DNA of 64,000 nucleotides from Candidatus Gottesmanbacteria bacterium (lineage in GTDB: Bacteria; Patescibacteriota; Microgenomatia; UBA10105; UBA927), in assembly GCA_030679255.1 (NCBI GenBank), contig JAUXTO010000013.1:18696-82695 (forward strand), written 5' to 3'. Positions 38,099 to 47,747 of this stretch are shown piece after piece; positions within the stretch are counted from its first letter, which is position 1; every line of letters begins with the position of its first letter. Below the pieces are notes generated by a model that did no database searches, had not been told where the DNA came from, and saw only the letters and a program-made list of their open reading frames with translations. The translations under genes and the position numbers were made by a program.

Positions 38099-38782
38099 AT
38101 GAATTATAATACTCACATCGTGAATATGCTCCTTTTTTTCCTTTACCACTTCCAGATGTTCATGCGGGAACTAAACTGGATGATCTATAAAAATAAAATT
38201 ACCTCGAACGGGAAGGCCATCATGAGTTTTGGAGCAGGTATTATCGGACAGAGTAATAAAAATCAAGTGGTATTGGGAAAAAATGTGCGACTTTCCGGAT
38301 GGCTCACTGTTCTTGAGAAAGGTAAAATCACCATTGGGGACTATACGCTGATCGGCAACAAAACAGTGATACAAGCGTGGGATGCTGTCACCATCGGAGC
38401 ATATTGTATGATTTCTCCTGACGTATGGATACAGGACAATAATAGCCACTCTATCTATGCGCAAGACCGATTGGTCGACATGCTTGGATCCAGGGATTTC
38501 AATGACATAGGCATTGATACCACCGAAGCTGTCAAACAACCAGTCGTCATTGGGAATCACGTTTGGATCGGCCGGAGGGCAATGATATTAAAAGGAGTGA
38601 CTATCGGAGACCGGGCTATCATAGCCGCTGGAGCCGTCGTAACCCATGATGTTCTTGCCGATACGATCGTTGCAGGCAATCCGGCGGTGGTGGTAAAAAA
38701 AATATCCCCAAATTCCGTAGATATACCCAAAGCCCATGAAACTATTTCAAAACTTCAAAATAAAATGAAACATTCCTCATAA
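38099..38782 (+). CDS. Hexapeptide-repeat sugar N/O-acetyltransferase
   Basis: LbH repeats ..[48 protein letters not shown]. The true start is likely an internal Met. Confidence 0.75.
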   Translation: MNYNTHIVNMLLFFLYHFQMFMRELNWMIYKNKITSNGKAIMSFGAGIIGQSNKNQVVLGKNVRLSGWLTVLEKGKITIGDYTLIGNKTVIQAWDAVTIGAYCMISPDVWIQDNNSHSIYAQDRLVDMLGSRDFNDIGIDTTEAVKQPVVIGNHVWIGRRAMILKGVTIGDRAIIAAGAVVTHDVLADTIVAGNPAVVVKKISPNSVDIPKAHETISKLQNKMKHSS

Positions 38783-39957
38783 TGAATACTCCTTTAGACA
38801 AATGCCTCAAACAAACATCTGTTCTTTTAGTGGCTCATTACGCTACGTTCGCGTACCAGGATTTACTGTACCGGTATTTTGTACAAAATAAATCCCGGCT
38901 GGTAACGAAAATCAATTTTCCTCTCCCTGACCTCCCCATCCTCCACCACATCGAGATGACGCACGCAGCCAACGGTAAACAGACTTTGTCCAATACCGTT
39001 CCCTCGCTCTGGAAGCCCCGCGCTGTTGCATATTTCTATCAAGTATTCCAGTACCTTTGGCTCGTCCTACGAAGCCCACACGTGTACGATTACGTCATTG
39101 CAGAAGATTCGCTTCTGGCGTTTACCTCAATTATTCTGAAAACCCTTGGTAAAATCCGGCACATAATTTTTTACTCTCACGGCATAGACTTTACACGGTT
39201 TTCTTCTCCATGGTCAAACAAACTCTATCAATCGATTGACCGCTTTTCTGCCAAACGCAGCGACTACAACTGGTCCTTGAGCCAAAATATGATTCCGATT
39301 CGGATTCGTCAGGGTATTCCCGAAAACAGACTTTTTTGGGTTCCTTCCTCTCTTCCCATTGATTTACTGTCCAGAAAAGCTTTTGTTTCAAGCCATTCGC
39401 TTGTTTTCCTCGGAGTGATCAATGATAAAAACGGTGTAGGGATACTACCGGATATCATCGTCGAGATTCGGAAAACTATTCCTGACGTCCACCTTGATAT
39501 TATGGGTGAGGGTGACATGAAAAAAAACCTTCAAATCCGCATCAAAAAACTTGGTCTCACGAAACACATTCGTATGCTTGGTAATGTAAAGTTTCAACAA
39601 TTTAAAAATACCATGACGAACTACCGCTTGGGGCTCGTGACATATAAATACTCCGAGGTCAATCTCATCCCCACGAGCGATTCGATGAAAATGCGCGTGT
39701 ATCTCGCCGCAGGGCTACCCGTGGTTCTGACAAAGGGATTTATATTCTCTGACGAAGTGACAAAAAATGATCTGGGCTATGCCGTGGATTATGATGTGAA
39801 GGCATTTGCCAAACCAATCATACAAATCCTATCCGATGATGGTCTCAGTCGACGGCTTCGCAGTAACGCGCTCGCCTATTCCAAAACAATGGATCTCACA
39901 GGGATTTACAATCGTACATTTACAGATATATTCTCCCACCGATCATCCGGGAAATGA
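38782..39957 (+). CDS. Glycosyltransferase (GT4-like GT-B), paralog 3
   Basis: LGLVTYKYSEVNLIPTSDSMKMRVYLAAGLPVVLTKGFIFSDEVTKNDLGYAVD. Confidence 0.6.
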   Translation: MNTPLDKCLKQTSVLLVAHYATFAYQDLLYRYFVQNKSRLVTKINFPLPDLPILHHIEMTHAANGKQTLSNTVPSLWKPRAVAYFYQVFQYLWLVLRSPHVYDYVIAEDSLLAFTSIILKTLGKIRHIIFYSHGIDFTRFSSPWSNKLYQSIDRFSAKRSDYNWSLSQNMIPIRIRQGIPENRLFWVPSSLPIDLLSRKAFVSSHSLVFLGVINDKNGVGILPDIIVEIRKTIPDVHLDIMGEGDMKKNLQIRIKKLGLTKHIRMLGNVKFQQFKNTMTNYRLGLVTYKYSEVNLIPTSDSMKMRVYLAAGLPVVLTKGFIFSDEVTKNDLGYAVDYDVKAFAKPIIQILSDDGLSRRLRSNALAYSKTMDLTGIYNRTFTDIFSHRSSGK

Positions 39958-41055
39958 CCGCACAAGATCTGCGATATACTCGCGGTCTTCTTGAGTCACC
40001 CACCATCCGACCGGAATACAAACCATATCACGGTAAAACGTATCCACATTGGGCAGAGGACGTCGGAATGCTCTGGTCACCGGGTGCGTATCATTGCGCC
40101 TATGGACTTTCGACGCCATGACATTATGCGATTTCATGTAGTCCATAAACCGGGCTGAGCGTCTCACTTTCATCGTGAATAGCCAGTTGCTGGAGAGGTA
40201 CCTTGCATCTTCGTGCATAAGTGTGAGCCATGGTAGTCCCATAAAAGCGTTACGATAATACATTGCATTATCCCGATGTTTTTGAAGAATCTCTATAGTA
40301 TGACTAAAATTTGCCAAACCGATCGTCGCGTTGACGTCATTCATGTGGAATTTATACCCCCACATTGAAATGTCCTTCTCAATACGATAATCATTCGACC
40401 GCTTATTCCTGTCAATGCCAAAGTACCGGAGTAAAATAGCCTTTTTATAATCCTTTTTTGTTTTCGTCAACAGCGCCCCACCGTCCACCGTCGTCAAGTG
40501 TTTGATCGCCTGAAATGAAAAACACGTATAGTCAGCAGTGTTACCCACCATCTTGCCTTTATACATGGCACCGATGGCATGAGCAGCATCTTCGATGACC
40601 GGAATATTTCCGACAATTTTCTTTATCGTTTGTATATCACACGGATACCCGCCCCAATCTACAGCCATTACTGCCTTCGTTTTGGCTGTCAGCCGCTTTT
40701 GTATACTCGCCGGATCAATATTGCCGGTTGCCGGATCAATATCCGCCCATACGATAGTAGCCCCATGGGCAAGTATCGGCCAATTCGTCGCAGTACACGT
40801 CATCGGAGTTGTGATGACCTCATCTCCGGGCCCTACGCCGATCAGGTCAAGGGCCAGATGAAGAGCAGTCGTACCGCTGTTAAGCGTGACGACATAAGGA
40901 TTTCCAAAAAACTCAGAAAGCTTCGCTTCAAATTCATCAACTTTTGGTCCTTGCGCGACAAATCCCGAATAAAGGACTTCTTTGAGCGCATCCAATACTT
41001 CCGAAGCCATAAATACTTTAAAAAGTGGAATCATCGTGCTCGGCTTATAATTCAT
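39943..41055 (-). CDS. DegT/DnrJ/EryC1 family sugar aminotransferase, copy 3
   Basis: NSGTTALHLAL, EDAAHAIGA, FSFQAIKHLTTVDGG (Lys present). Start probably at 41034 or 41007. Confidence 0.8.
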   Translation of the reverse strand: MNYKPSTMIPLFKVFMASEVLDALKEVLYSGFVAQGPKVDEFEAKLSEFFGNPYVVTLNSGTTALHLALDLIGVGPGDEVITTPMTCTATNWPILAHGATIVWADIDPATGNIDPASIQKRLTAKTKAVMAVDWGGYPCDIQTIKKIVGNIPVIEDAAHAIGAMYKGKMVGNTADYTCFSFQAIKHLTTVDGGALLTKTKKDYKKAILLRYFGIDRNKRSNDYRIEKDISMWGYKFHMNDVNATIGLANFSHTIEILQKHRDNAMYYRNAFMGLPWLTLMHEDARYLSSNWLFTMKVRRSARFMDYMKSHNVMASKVHRRNDTHPVTRAFRRPLPNVDTFYRDMVCIPVGWWVTQEDREYIADLVRSFPG

Positions 41056-42026
41056 AATTTGATAGTATTATACCACTCTATCGTTTTTTTTAAGCCCTCT
41101 TCAAGTGGTATTTGAGCCGTAAATCCTATAGCATCTTTTGCTTTGCGGTTATCGCTATTTCTTCTCATGCTTCCATCAGGTTTGGTTGTATCAAACGTAA
41201 TGCGGGAGGCTTTTCCGCTCACACGGATAATGGTTTCAATGAGTTGTTTCATCGTCACTTCTTCATCCGATCCTAGATTAACCGGATCGGCAACTGCATA
41301 TTTTTCCGTGGCCAGCATCATACCCCGAACCAAATCTTCCACGTAGAGAAATGCCCGGGTCTGGCGGCCGCTACCCCATACAACCACAGGGTCTTCTCCA
41401 TCCATGACACGACGGATAAGCGACGGAATAACGTGCGTTGGTGTCGGGAAAAAATGATCCCCCGGACCATAGCAGTTATATGGGCGCACAACAGCCACCT
41501 CAAACCCAAATTCCTCATGATAATACCGGGCAAGCAACTCATTGACGCGCTTTGCCCACCCATACCCTCCGTTCACTTCTTCGGGCTCACCGCGCAGTCC
41601 CTCGGACTCCGGAGTGGGAATTATTGCGTCAGACGGATACACCACCGCGGAGGAGACCGCAAGAAACCGCTCTACTCCGGCCTTTTGAGCCGCATCCATC
41701 ATCGTGGTTTGAATGAGAAGGTTTTCCGACAGCATCGATCCTTTATGTGCCTGATTGTAGGCGACCCCTGCCACTTTGGCCGCCAGATGCATAACCACCT
41801 CAATTCCCTTGCACGCCAATTGTGCTTTCTGCGGATCTTTACATTCTCCGCTGATCATCTCTACATCCTTTGGTGTATTTTTTTTATTGAGCGGAGAGGG
41901 ATTGCTTGCGTTATCCAGAATCGCCACCCGGGCACCTGATTCCAGAAGCTTGGCCGTCAAATGACTGCCGATAAACCCGAGTCCACCGGTAAGCAATACA
42001 CGTTTATTGTTCCAAAAGGTGCTCAT
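41052..42026 (-). CDS. NAD-dependent epimerase/dehydratase (SDR) with a CDP-glucose-4,6-dehydratase-like N-terminus
   Basis: FWNNKRVLLTGGLGFIGSHL, ..GYGWAKR.. (YxxxK). Confidence 0.65.
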   Translation of the reverse strand: MSTFWNNKRVLLTGGLGFIGSHLTAKLLESGARVAILDNASNPSPLNKKNTPKDVEMISGECKDPQKAQLACKGIEVVMHLAAKVAGVAYNQAHKGSMLSENLLIQTTMMDAAQKAGVERFLAVSSAVVYPSDAIIPTPESEGLRGEPEEVNGGYGWAKRVNELLARYYHEEFGFEVAVVRPYNCYGPGDHFFPTPTHVIPSLIRRVMDGEDPVVVWGSGRQTRAFLYVEDLVRGMMLATEKYAVADPVNLGSDEEVTMKQLIETIIRVSGKASRITFDTTKPDGSMRRNSDNRKAKDAIGFTAQIPLEEGLKKTIEWYNTIKL

Positions 42027-42030
42027 GGGA

Positions 42031-43266
42031 TTACGAAGTAAAAATTTTCACAAGAGTCGTAAGATCTGATTTTGAGAGCTCCGGGTTATTACCAAAATAG
42101 AGCCCCTGATCGTGAATAAGCCGGGCGTTAGAATTGGACAAATCATTGCCTTCCTCTACATACTTATGAAAAAACGGCTGATTCGTCATATCTCCGCCGA
42201 CTATCGGACGGATTTCGACAATCCCGTCACAGCGCCTGACAAACTCATCCCTGATCCGCTCTGAACGGCACACCAAGGGTACAGCAAAATTAGAAACGAT
42301 ATCCAAATGATCGTACCGGAGCGGATAAAATAGATCCGTCCGGCTATAGAGATGATTGGCAAGAAACAAAAAGTTTTGTTCCCGCTTGGCCACGATTTCA
42401 TCAAGATACCCAAGCTGCACATTACCCAAAAATCCCTGTATTTCCGTAGTCCGTAAATTAAATCCAAGGTCATAAAACGTGTACCGCGAATAGAAACTTG
42501 AGTTAACCTTATATTTGACGCGCATGGTTAATTGCTTTTGCTCCGTCAGATTTCGGTCCCATCCGTGAGCGCGGACCAATTGAAGCATGGTTTCGAGGTC
42601 TCCATCATCGGTGCATACCGCGCCTCCCTCTACTGTAGACATATGGTGGCCGACGTAAAAAGAAAACGTACTCGCGAGACCAAAATTACCCAACCGTTTC
42701 CCTTTATAAATAGTTCCGAGCGATTCACAGTTGTCCTCGACCAGCAGTATCTTGTGCTCCTGGCATAAGGCAACAATTTCATCGAGATTGTCACAAAATC
42801 CCAATAGATGCGTCAAAAAAAGAACCTTAATATTCTGTTTTTTTAATACTTCAGAAAGAGTCCTGGCCGAAACGTTGAGCGTATCCACTTCCACATCGAC
42901 AGGTACCGGAGTGAGTCCCAACTGGATAAGCGGCATGACATTAGTCGACCAGGTGAGCGCAGAAAAACCAACCAGATCACCCCGCTTGAGTTTGCCCATG
43001 TTGAGCAATGCCATGATCAGCGCTAAATTTGCGCTGCTGCCGCTATTGACGAAGACGCAGTATTTTCGTCCTTGGTATTTGGCAAAATTGACCTCAAACT
43101 TCCGGCACTCTTCCCCAATGCTCAACTTTTCAGCATGTTTGATAAACCGACATAACTCCCTCTTCGTCTTTTTCTCCTTATAAAACGTGGATTTAATGAG
43201 TGAAATCATAATCTGTATAATTACGAAGATTACCAAAATACTGATGATAATGATAGTAGAAGCCAA
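42031..43266 (-). CDS. PMP-dependent NDP-4-keto-6-deoxyhexose 3-dehydratase-like (E1/DdhC/ColD-like) member of the DegT family
   Basis: DegT-fold motifs, but the active-site box reads FSFYVGHHMSTVEGG (His where aminotransferases have Lys), the hallmark of E1/ColD dehydratases. The N-terminal 19 aa are hydrophobic and overlap the upstream GT2; the likely start is the Met at 43209. Confidence 0.65.
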   Translation of the reverse strand: MASTIIIISILVIFVIIQIMISLIKSTFYKEKKTKRELCRFIKHAEKLSIGEECRKFEVNFAKYQGRKYCVFVNSGSSANLALIMALLNMGKLKRGDLVGFSALTWSTNVMPLIQLGLTPVPVDVEVDTLNVSARTLSEVLKKQNIKVLFLTHLLGFCDNLDEIVALCQEHKILLVEDNCESLGTIYKGKRLGNFGLASTFSFYVGHHMSTVEGGAVCTDDGDLETMLQLVRAHGWDRNLTEQKQLTMRVKYKVNSSFYSRYTFYDLGFNLRTTEIQGFLGNVQLGYLDEIVAKREQNFLFLANHLYSRTDLFYPLRYDHLDIVSNFAVPLVCRSERIRDEFVRRCDGIVEIRPIVGGDMTNQPFFHKYVEEGNDLSNSNARLIHDQGLYFGNNPELSKSDLTTLVKIFTS

Positions 43267-44227
43267 CCGGCTTCGTCACCGCAGGCAAGTAATCCCCATC
43301 GGCAACCCGACGGAAACACTGGGTGCGTTGACGTTTACGGTAGGTTACCGCACATTGACGAATATTCCACCATAAACCGCTCAAAATAGCACGCGAAATA
43401 GCAAACTTTCCCCTTAAGAAAAAGAATACCGTACCAAAGAGATGAAACGTGACAAGTTGTGGAATCGTAGTAACACATCGAAATAAAGATAGATTCTTGA
43501 GATAAGTACACACCATATTTTTGACCGAATGAAAGTAGATATGTGGTGTAATTGTTTTCCCGAACGCAGCCCCTCCTTGATGATAGATTCGGGCTTTCGG
43601 CTCATACCACACACTCCATCCCGAAAGCCACACCCGCATACAAAAATCCGTCTCTTCAAAATACGCAAAATAATCCGGATCAAACAATCCGATTTTTTCT
43701 ATTACCGATTTGCGTATGAGCATACAGACTCCTTTTGCCGTAAATATCTTCATCGATTGGTTATACTGAGACATCGTTTCCATTTTTTCCCGTCCGTAGT
43801 GGTACAGCAATCCGGACGGAAGAAAAAACGCACCTATGGAGTCAATTCTGTCTTTTTCCGAATCCAAAAGTACTTTGGGTTGCACCACGCCAATTGATTC
43901 ATCGTGCTGTATGGATTGCACCAGAAAGTCAAGAAAATCCGGTTCTACTGTCGTGTCAGGATTCAAAAGCAGTACAAATTTTCCTTTCGCCGCTTGAAGA
44001 CCTGCATCATGACCCTGGGCAAACCCAACATTGTTTTTATTTTGTACGACCTGTACGTTTGGAAATGTTCGCTTGACATAGGAAGCTGACCCATCCGTTG
44101 ATGCGTTGTCCACCAAAATGACCTCATATGAAGGGTATGTGATTTTACGAAGTGACCGCAAACATTCTCCTATATAGGCTTTCCCATTCCAATTTACGAG
44201 GATAATGCTGACCAAAGGATATTTCAC
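43193..44227 (-). CDS. GT2 family glycosyltransferase (WbbL/rhamnosyltransferase-like)
   Basis: VSIILVNWNG, VDNASTDGS, ..FEETDFC.. C-terminal hydrophobic segment. Confidence 0.75.
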   Translation of the reverse strand: MKYPLVSIILVNWNGKAYIGECLRSLRKITYPSYEVILVDNASTDGSASYVKRTFPNVQVVQNKNNVGFAQGHDAGLQAAKGKFVLLLNPDTTVEPDFLDFLVQSIQHDESIGVVQPKVLLDSEKDRIDSIGAFFLPSGLLYHYGREKMETMSQYNQSMKIFTAKGVCMLIRKSVIEKIGLFDPDYFAYFEETDFCMRVWLSGWSVWYEPKARIYHQGGAAFGKTITPHIYFHSVKNMVCTYLKNLSLFRCVTTIPQLVTFHLFGTVFFFLRGKFAISRAILSGLWWNIRQCAVTYRKRQRTQCFRRVADGDYLPAVTKPVGFYYHYHQYFGNLRNYTDYDFTH

Positions 44228-45150
44228 GATACGATAGTATTATTTTTATGCCACTCAATGGTACGTGTTAGTCCTTCTCTTAGGTCCATGCCCGGCTTCC
44301 AACCCAATATGCGGCTTGCTTTTTCCCACAAGACGAATTGGTCGGTTATTTCATTTTTCCGTTCATAGTCAGCCGGGACAATGGTTATTTTTTCACCGAT
44401 GAGACCCCCGATCGCCTCAATGATCCCCCGAGCGTCAATCGGATTTCCGGCACCAAAATTAAATATTCTGTTACGTTCTAATTTTACCGCCGGCATGGCG
44501 CCAAGCATGAGATACGCCGCCACTGCGTCATCGATATAGAGATATTCCCGTTTCGCCGTCCCTCCCCACATCGGTACGGGCTTCTTTTGCAGGGCATAGC
44601 GAAGTGTTTTGGGAATGAGCCGGGTCACATTCGTATCTCCCGGGCCATATATATTTGCAAACCGCCCAATCACAACCCCTAGGTCAAAGCTATCCGCGTA
44701 TGATTGTGCAAGCAGATCAGTGATGGTCTTACTCGTTTCATACGGGCGGGAAGGGCGGGGCGGATCATCTTCGCTAAACGGCGGGGTGCCCACTCCGTAA
44801 ACGTGTGCCGTCGACGCGATGATGACCCTCGGGATATGAAAGAGTCTTGATAGCTCTAATACATTGAGCGTCCCGATAAAATTTGTCTGAAACGTATCAT
44901 AGGGCACATCCTGCCCCTTCTCAACGAGCGACTCACCTGCCAAATGAAACACAACACCCGGCTTCTTTTCAAAAAATGGGGTCAGGGAAGCGCGATCGGT
45001 CACATCGATAGGATTCCCAGCACTTCTCGATAGAGGTACTACGAGAGCCCCCAGAGAGAAAAGCCTCTCTGTGAGATGTTTTCCTACAAATCCATGTGCA
45101 CCGGTTATGATGACCGATTTATTTTTCCAAAAATTTTCTGAAATTGCCAT
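44224..45150 (-). CDS. CDP-glucose 4,6-dehydratase-like SDR (RfbG-like)
   Basis: FWKNKSVIITGAHGFVGKHL matches the RfbG N-terminal signature (FWxGKxVxVTGHTGFKG). ..PYETSKT.. YxxxK. Confidence 0.65.
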   Translation of the reverse strand: MAISENFWKNKSVIITGAHGFVGKHLTERLFSLGALVVPLSRSAGNPIDVTDRASLTPFFEKKPGVVFHLAGESLVEKGQDVPYDTFQTNFIGTLNVLELSRLFHIPRVIIASTAHVYGVGTPPFSEDDPPRPSRPYETSKTITDLLAQSYADSFDLGVVIGRFANIYGPGDTNVTRLIPKTLRYALQKKPVPMWGGTAKREYLYIDDAVAAYLMLGAMPAVKLERNRIFNFGAGNPIDARGIIEAIGGLIGEKITIVPADYERKNEITDQFVLWEKASRILGWKPGMDLREGLTRTIEWHKNNTIVS

Positions 45151-46204
45151 AGAATATATACTTTATTGTAACCCATCCATAGATGAGAACGAAACATAAA
45201 CACAAAAAGGGGTGGATAAACCATGCACGATCACGGATCTTCCGCCAACCACGAATGCTGTCATACAACGGAATGATCCATGTGGCGCATATAATTATAA
45301 CCAACACAAGACGCAGTACACCCATACCCGATACATCTCCAAATCTGCGCACGCCCTTTCGTTTTTCCGCTTCTTTCCCAAATCTGTATTGAGACAAAAA
45401 TAATGCTCTCCGCTTCAAAAAATTCCAAATATTTCCATACCCGGTCAGATGAAGGATCGAATCTTTGACAAATGCATAGGTATCATATCCCTTGAGTATC
45501 AAATCAACGTTCACATCCATATCAAAATAGAATCCCGGTGCGACTTGCGCATGCTCCATGAGTATCTTGCGTCGAACGAGAAACCCATTGGCGCCAATGG
45601 TCGTCATAGTATCCGGTTCAAATCGAACCGTATAATATGCTCCGCAGTCTTTTACAATCCCGGATTCTTGGTACGTATCATATATATAGGAAAGTCTGTC
45701 TGCTTTTCCCAAATACCATACAAGTGGATCACCGGCGCCAAAAAGCGCAAAATACCGGTCCAGAAGTGAAGCGTGAGGGTCATAATGGTACCGAAGTGTT
45801 TCGACTCCAACCACATCTTTTTGCTGGCGAAACGGCTGTACCATGTTTTGGAACCACAAATCATGCGGAAGTACGTTATCATGGTCTATCATCGCGAGGA
45901 TCTCGTTTTTTGCATGACTGATACCGGTGGCCTTATTAAATTCTGCACTTTGTTTGGCAGGATCGACAGCTATCCACCGAACGTTATACCCGGAAGCAAT
46001 CTCGCGCGTCTTGTCGCCTGATGCGCCATCAGCAATGATGATCTCTACCCTATCCTGAGGATATTGTTGACTTCGAATACTCGTAAGGCACCGCCCCAGG
46101 GTCCGAGATGAATTATGTGTCGCAATGACGACACTAATAGTGGGATAGTTGTTATTTTTCATGCGTTTGCCGTAATACGAGAAATGCAACGCGCGCGGTA
46201 TCAT
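45119..46204 (-). CDS. GT2 glycosyltransferase with C-terminal TM helices (GtrB/ArnC-like polyprenol-phosphate glycosyltransferase architecture)
   Basis: ISVVIATHNS, IADGASGDKT, DHDN. Two or three C-terminal TM helices. The likely start is Met at 46162. Confidence 0.7.
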   Translation of the reverse strand: MIPRALHFSYYGKRMKNNNYPTISVVIATHNSSRTLGRCLTSIRSQQYPQDRVEIIIADGASGDKTREIASGYNVRWIAVDPAKQSAEFNKATGISHAKNEILAMIDHDNVLPHDLWFQNMVQPFRQQKDVVGVETLRYHYDPHASLLDRYFALFGAGDPLVWYLGKADRLSYIYDTYQESGIVKDCGAYYTVRFEPDTMTTIGANGFLVRRKILMEHAQVAPGFYFDMDVNVDLILKGYDTYAFVKDSILHLTGYGNIWNFLKRRALFLSQYRFGKEAEKRKGVRRFGDVSGMGVLRLVLVIIICATWIIPLYDSIRGWRKIRDRAWFIHPFLCLCFVLIYGWVTIKYIFYGNFRKFLEK

Positions 46205-47258
46205 CCCAGTTCATGGATGCAACACGTTTCACTCCTGCTGCCTGATAACGCCGATACCGCGGTTGATCACCCCAAAGGTTGAGTGTTTCTTCTGCGAGTT
46301 TTTCTGGGTATCCTGCACCCACAAGAATTCCTGTTTTACCATCGACAATGACATCTTGCACCCCCGCGGTTCTATATCCAATGGCGGGCGTTCCCTGCGA
46401 GGCGGCTTCAGGCACGACGAGTCCCCAACCCTCATGGACAGATGGCATCAGGAGAATATGTGCCCGGGCAAGTAGCTCAAATTTTTTCGCATCCGTGACC
46501 CGTCCAAAAAATTTTACTCGCCCGTAAACTCCAAGATTTTTTGCAATTCGCTCAAGATCCTTTTGATATCCTTCGCTATCTCCTCCTACAATCCACAGAT
46601 TTGCGAATGGTATGATCGCCTGAATACGGGAAAACGCGGAAATTGCATCCGCTATCCCTTTAAATTTCTGAAGCCGCGCCACGACGATCATCGTCAAGGT
46701 TGTTGCTTTAGGGTACCGCGTCGCAACTTTTGGGAGTGTTACGCCCATCGGAAGTACCGTTATGCGAGCAGGATCAAACCCTTCCCGAAGAAGAGCCGCT
46801 CTTGTAGACTGCGAAATGGCCAATACAGGACTACTCCGATAGAGTAAAACGTATATTTTTTCAATAAAACGGGCTAGTAACGCAAAAGGATAAGGAAGCA
46901 GCCGAAAAAAAAGTGAACCCGCGACCTCGCAGACGAGAAGTACGGTTTTATGACGCGCATAGAAAATGCTAAAAAAAGGATACCAATGCACTTCATCAAC
47001 GATGATATCAACCGTCTTTCTAAAACGGAAAATATAATAAAACATGGCATAAAGATGCACACTCCACCATACCCCCCGGCGGATAATATTTACTCCATCT
47101 AAAATTTCATCACTAACCGCACCGTTATACTGTTCGCTAAATAGTGTCACAGTGTGGCCATGGGCAACCCACCGCTTCGCGATCTCATGCGTCAGAAGTT
47201 CAGCTCCTCCGGCACGGGGATTTTTTATATCACGCCAATTGAGAATGAGAATGTGCAT
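46152..47258 (-). CDS. Glycosyltransferase family 4
   Basis: ..MPSVHEGWGLVVPEAASQGTPAIGYRTAGVQDVI.. Confidence 0.8.
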   Translation of the reverse strand: MHILILNWRDIKNPRAGGAELLTHEIAKRWVAHGHTVTLFSEQYNGAVSDEILDGVNIIRRGVWWSVHLYAMFYYIFRFRKTVDIIVDEVHWYPFFSIFYARHKTVLLVCEVAGSLFFRLLPYPFALLARFIEKIYVLLYRSSPVLAISQSTRAALLREGFDPARITVLPMGVTLPKVATRYPKATTLTMIVVARLQKFKGIADAISAFSRIQAIIPFANLWIVGGDSEGYQKDLERIAKNLGVYGRVKFFGRVTDAKKFELLARAHILLMPSVHEGWGLVVPEAASQGTPAIGYRTAGVQDVIVDGKTGILVGAGYPEKLAEETLNLWGDQPRYRRYQAAGVKRVASMNWDDTARVAFLVLRQTHEK

Positions 47259-47295
47259 ATAGGACTTAGGACATAAGACTTAGGACTTAAGGGAC
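47259..47295. repeat. Heptamer tract (plus-strand TAGGAC/TTAGGAC-like units). It spans the stop codon and last 5 codons of the four-helix-bundle gene and the 21-nt gap before the GT4 start.
   Basis: ataggacttaggacataagacttaggacttaagggac read directly. Inverse complement of the tract at 47706-47747. Confidence 0.75.
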
Positions 47296-47651
47296 TTTTG
47301 TTTCCAATATTTCATTAATCCCGAAAGTAACCTCCCAACAATTTCTGCCTGAGTATGTAATGCATCATAATCATTTTCGGTAATATAACCGAGGTCTCTA
47401 GCCAATAGAACATGATATTTCACTTCTTCTAAAGACCCTGTCGCCTGATATAAAAACTGCACAAACTCTTTACTATGTCCTCTGGCGTTTCCTTCAACAA
47501 TATTTGCAACTATGGAAACTGCAGCGCGTCGTAATTGACTGATCAAAGCAAATTTTTCATCACTTGGAAATTTGATTGTTATTTTATAAATCAACAGCAC
47601 AAATTTATGCGATTCTATAAAAACTTCAAGATTTTCAAACCTATCAGCCAT
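47280..47651 (-). CDS. Four-helix-bundle protein (23S rRNA intervening-sequence protein family, TIGR02436-like)
   Basis: 123 aa. ..LISQLRRAAVSIVANIVEGNARGHSKEF..LYQATGSLEEVKYHVLLARDLGYI.. is characteristic. Strong RBS aaaagagg upstream. Confidence 0.75.
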   Translation of the reverse strand: MADRFENLEVFIESHKFVLLIYKITIKFPSDEKFALISQLRRAAVSIVANIVEGNARGHSKEFVQFLYQATGSLEEVKYHVLLARDLGYITENDYDALHTQAEIVGRLLSGLMKYWKQKSLKS

Positions 47652-47664
47652 AGTACCTCTTTTC

Positions 47665-47747
47665 TGACTTAGGAATTAGGACTTAAGATCTGCGAACATC
47701 CACTCTATCCTACGTCCTATGTCCTACGTCCTATGTCCTATGTCCCA
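47665..47747. repeat. Composite repeat upstream of the four-helix-bundle gene: TTAGGA(A/C) units at 47665-47688, then 6 tandem YGTCCTA heptamers at 47706-47747, in inverted orientation to each other
   Basis: tgacttaggaattaggacttaaga ... tatccta|cgtccta|tgtccta|cgtccta|tgtccta|tgtccca. Confidence 0.8.

Noticed and set aside
40579-41115. 178-aa and 88-aa plus-strand ORFs over the DegT #3 gene
   Set aside because: Antisense to a motif-rich aminotransferase. Spurious.
42031-43266. Membrane-anchored aminotransferase, because of the N-terminal hydrophobic 19 aa
   Set aside because: The hydrophobic segment lies in the 74-nt overlap with the upstream GT2 gene and precedes an internal Met that gives a normal DegT-family N-terminus. 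It is more likely an over-extended ORF call.
47706-47747. Possible CRISPR array because of short tandem repeats
   Set aside because: Units are 7 bp with no spacers. This is not a repeat-spacer architecture, and there are no cas genes.
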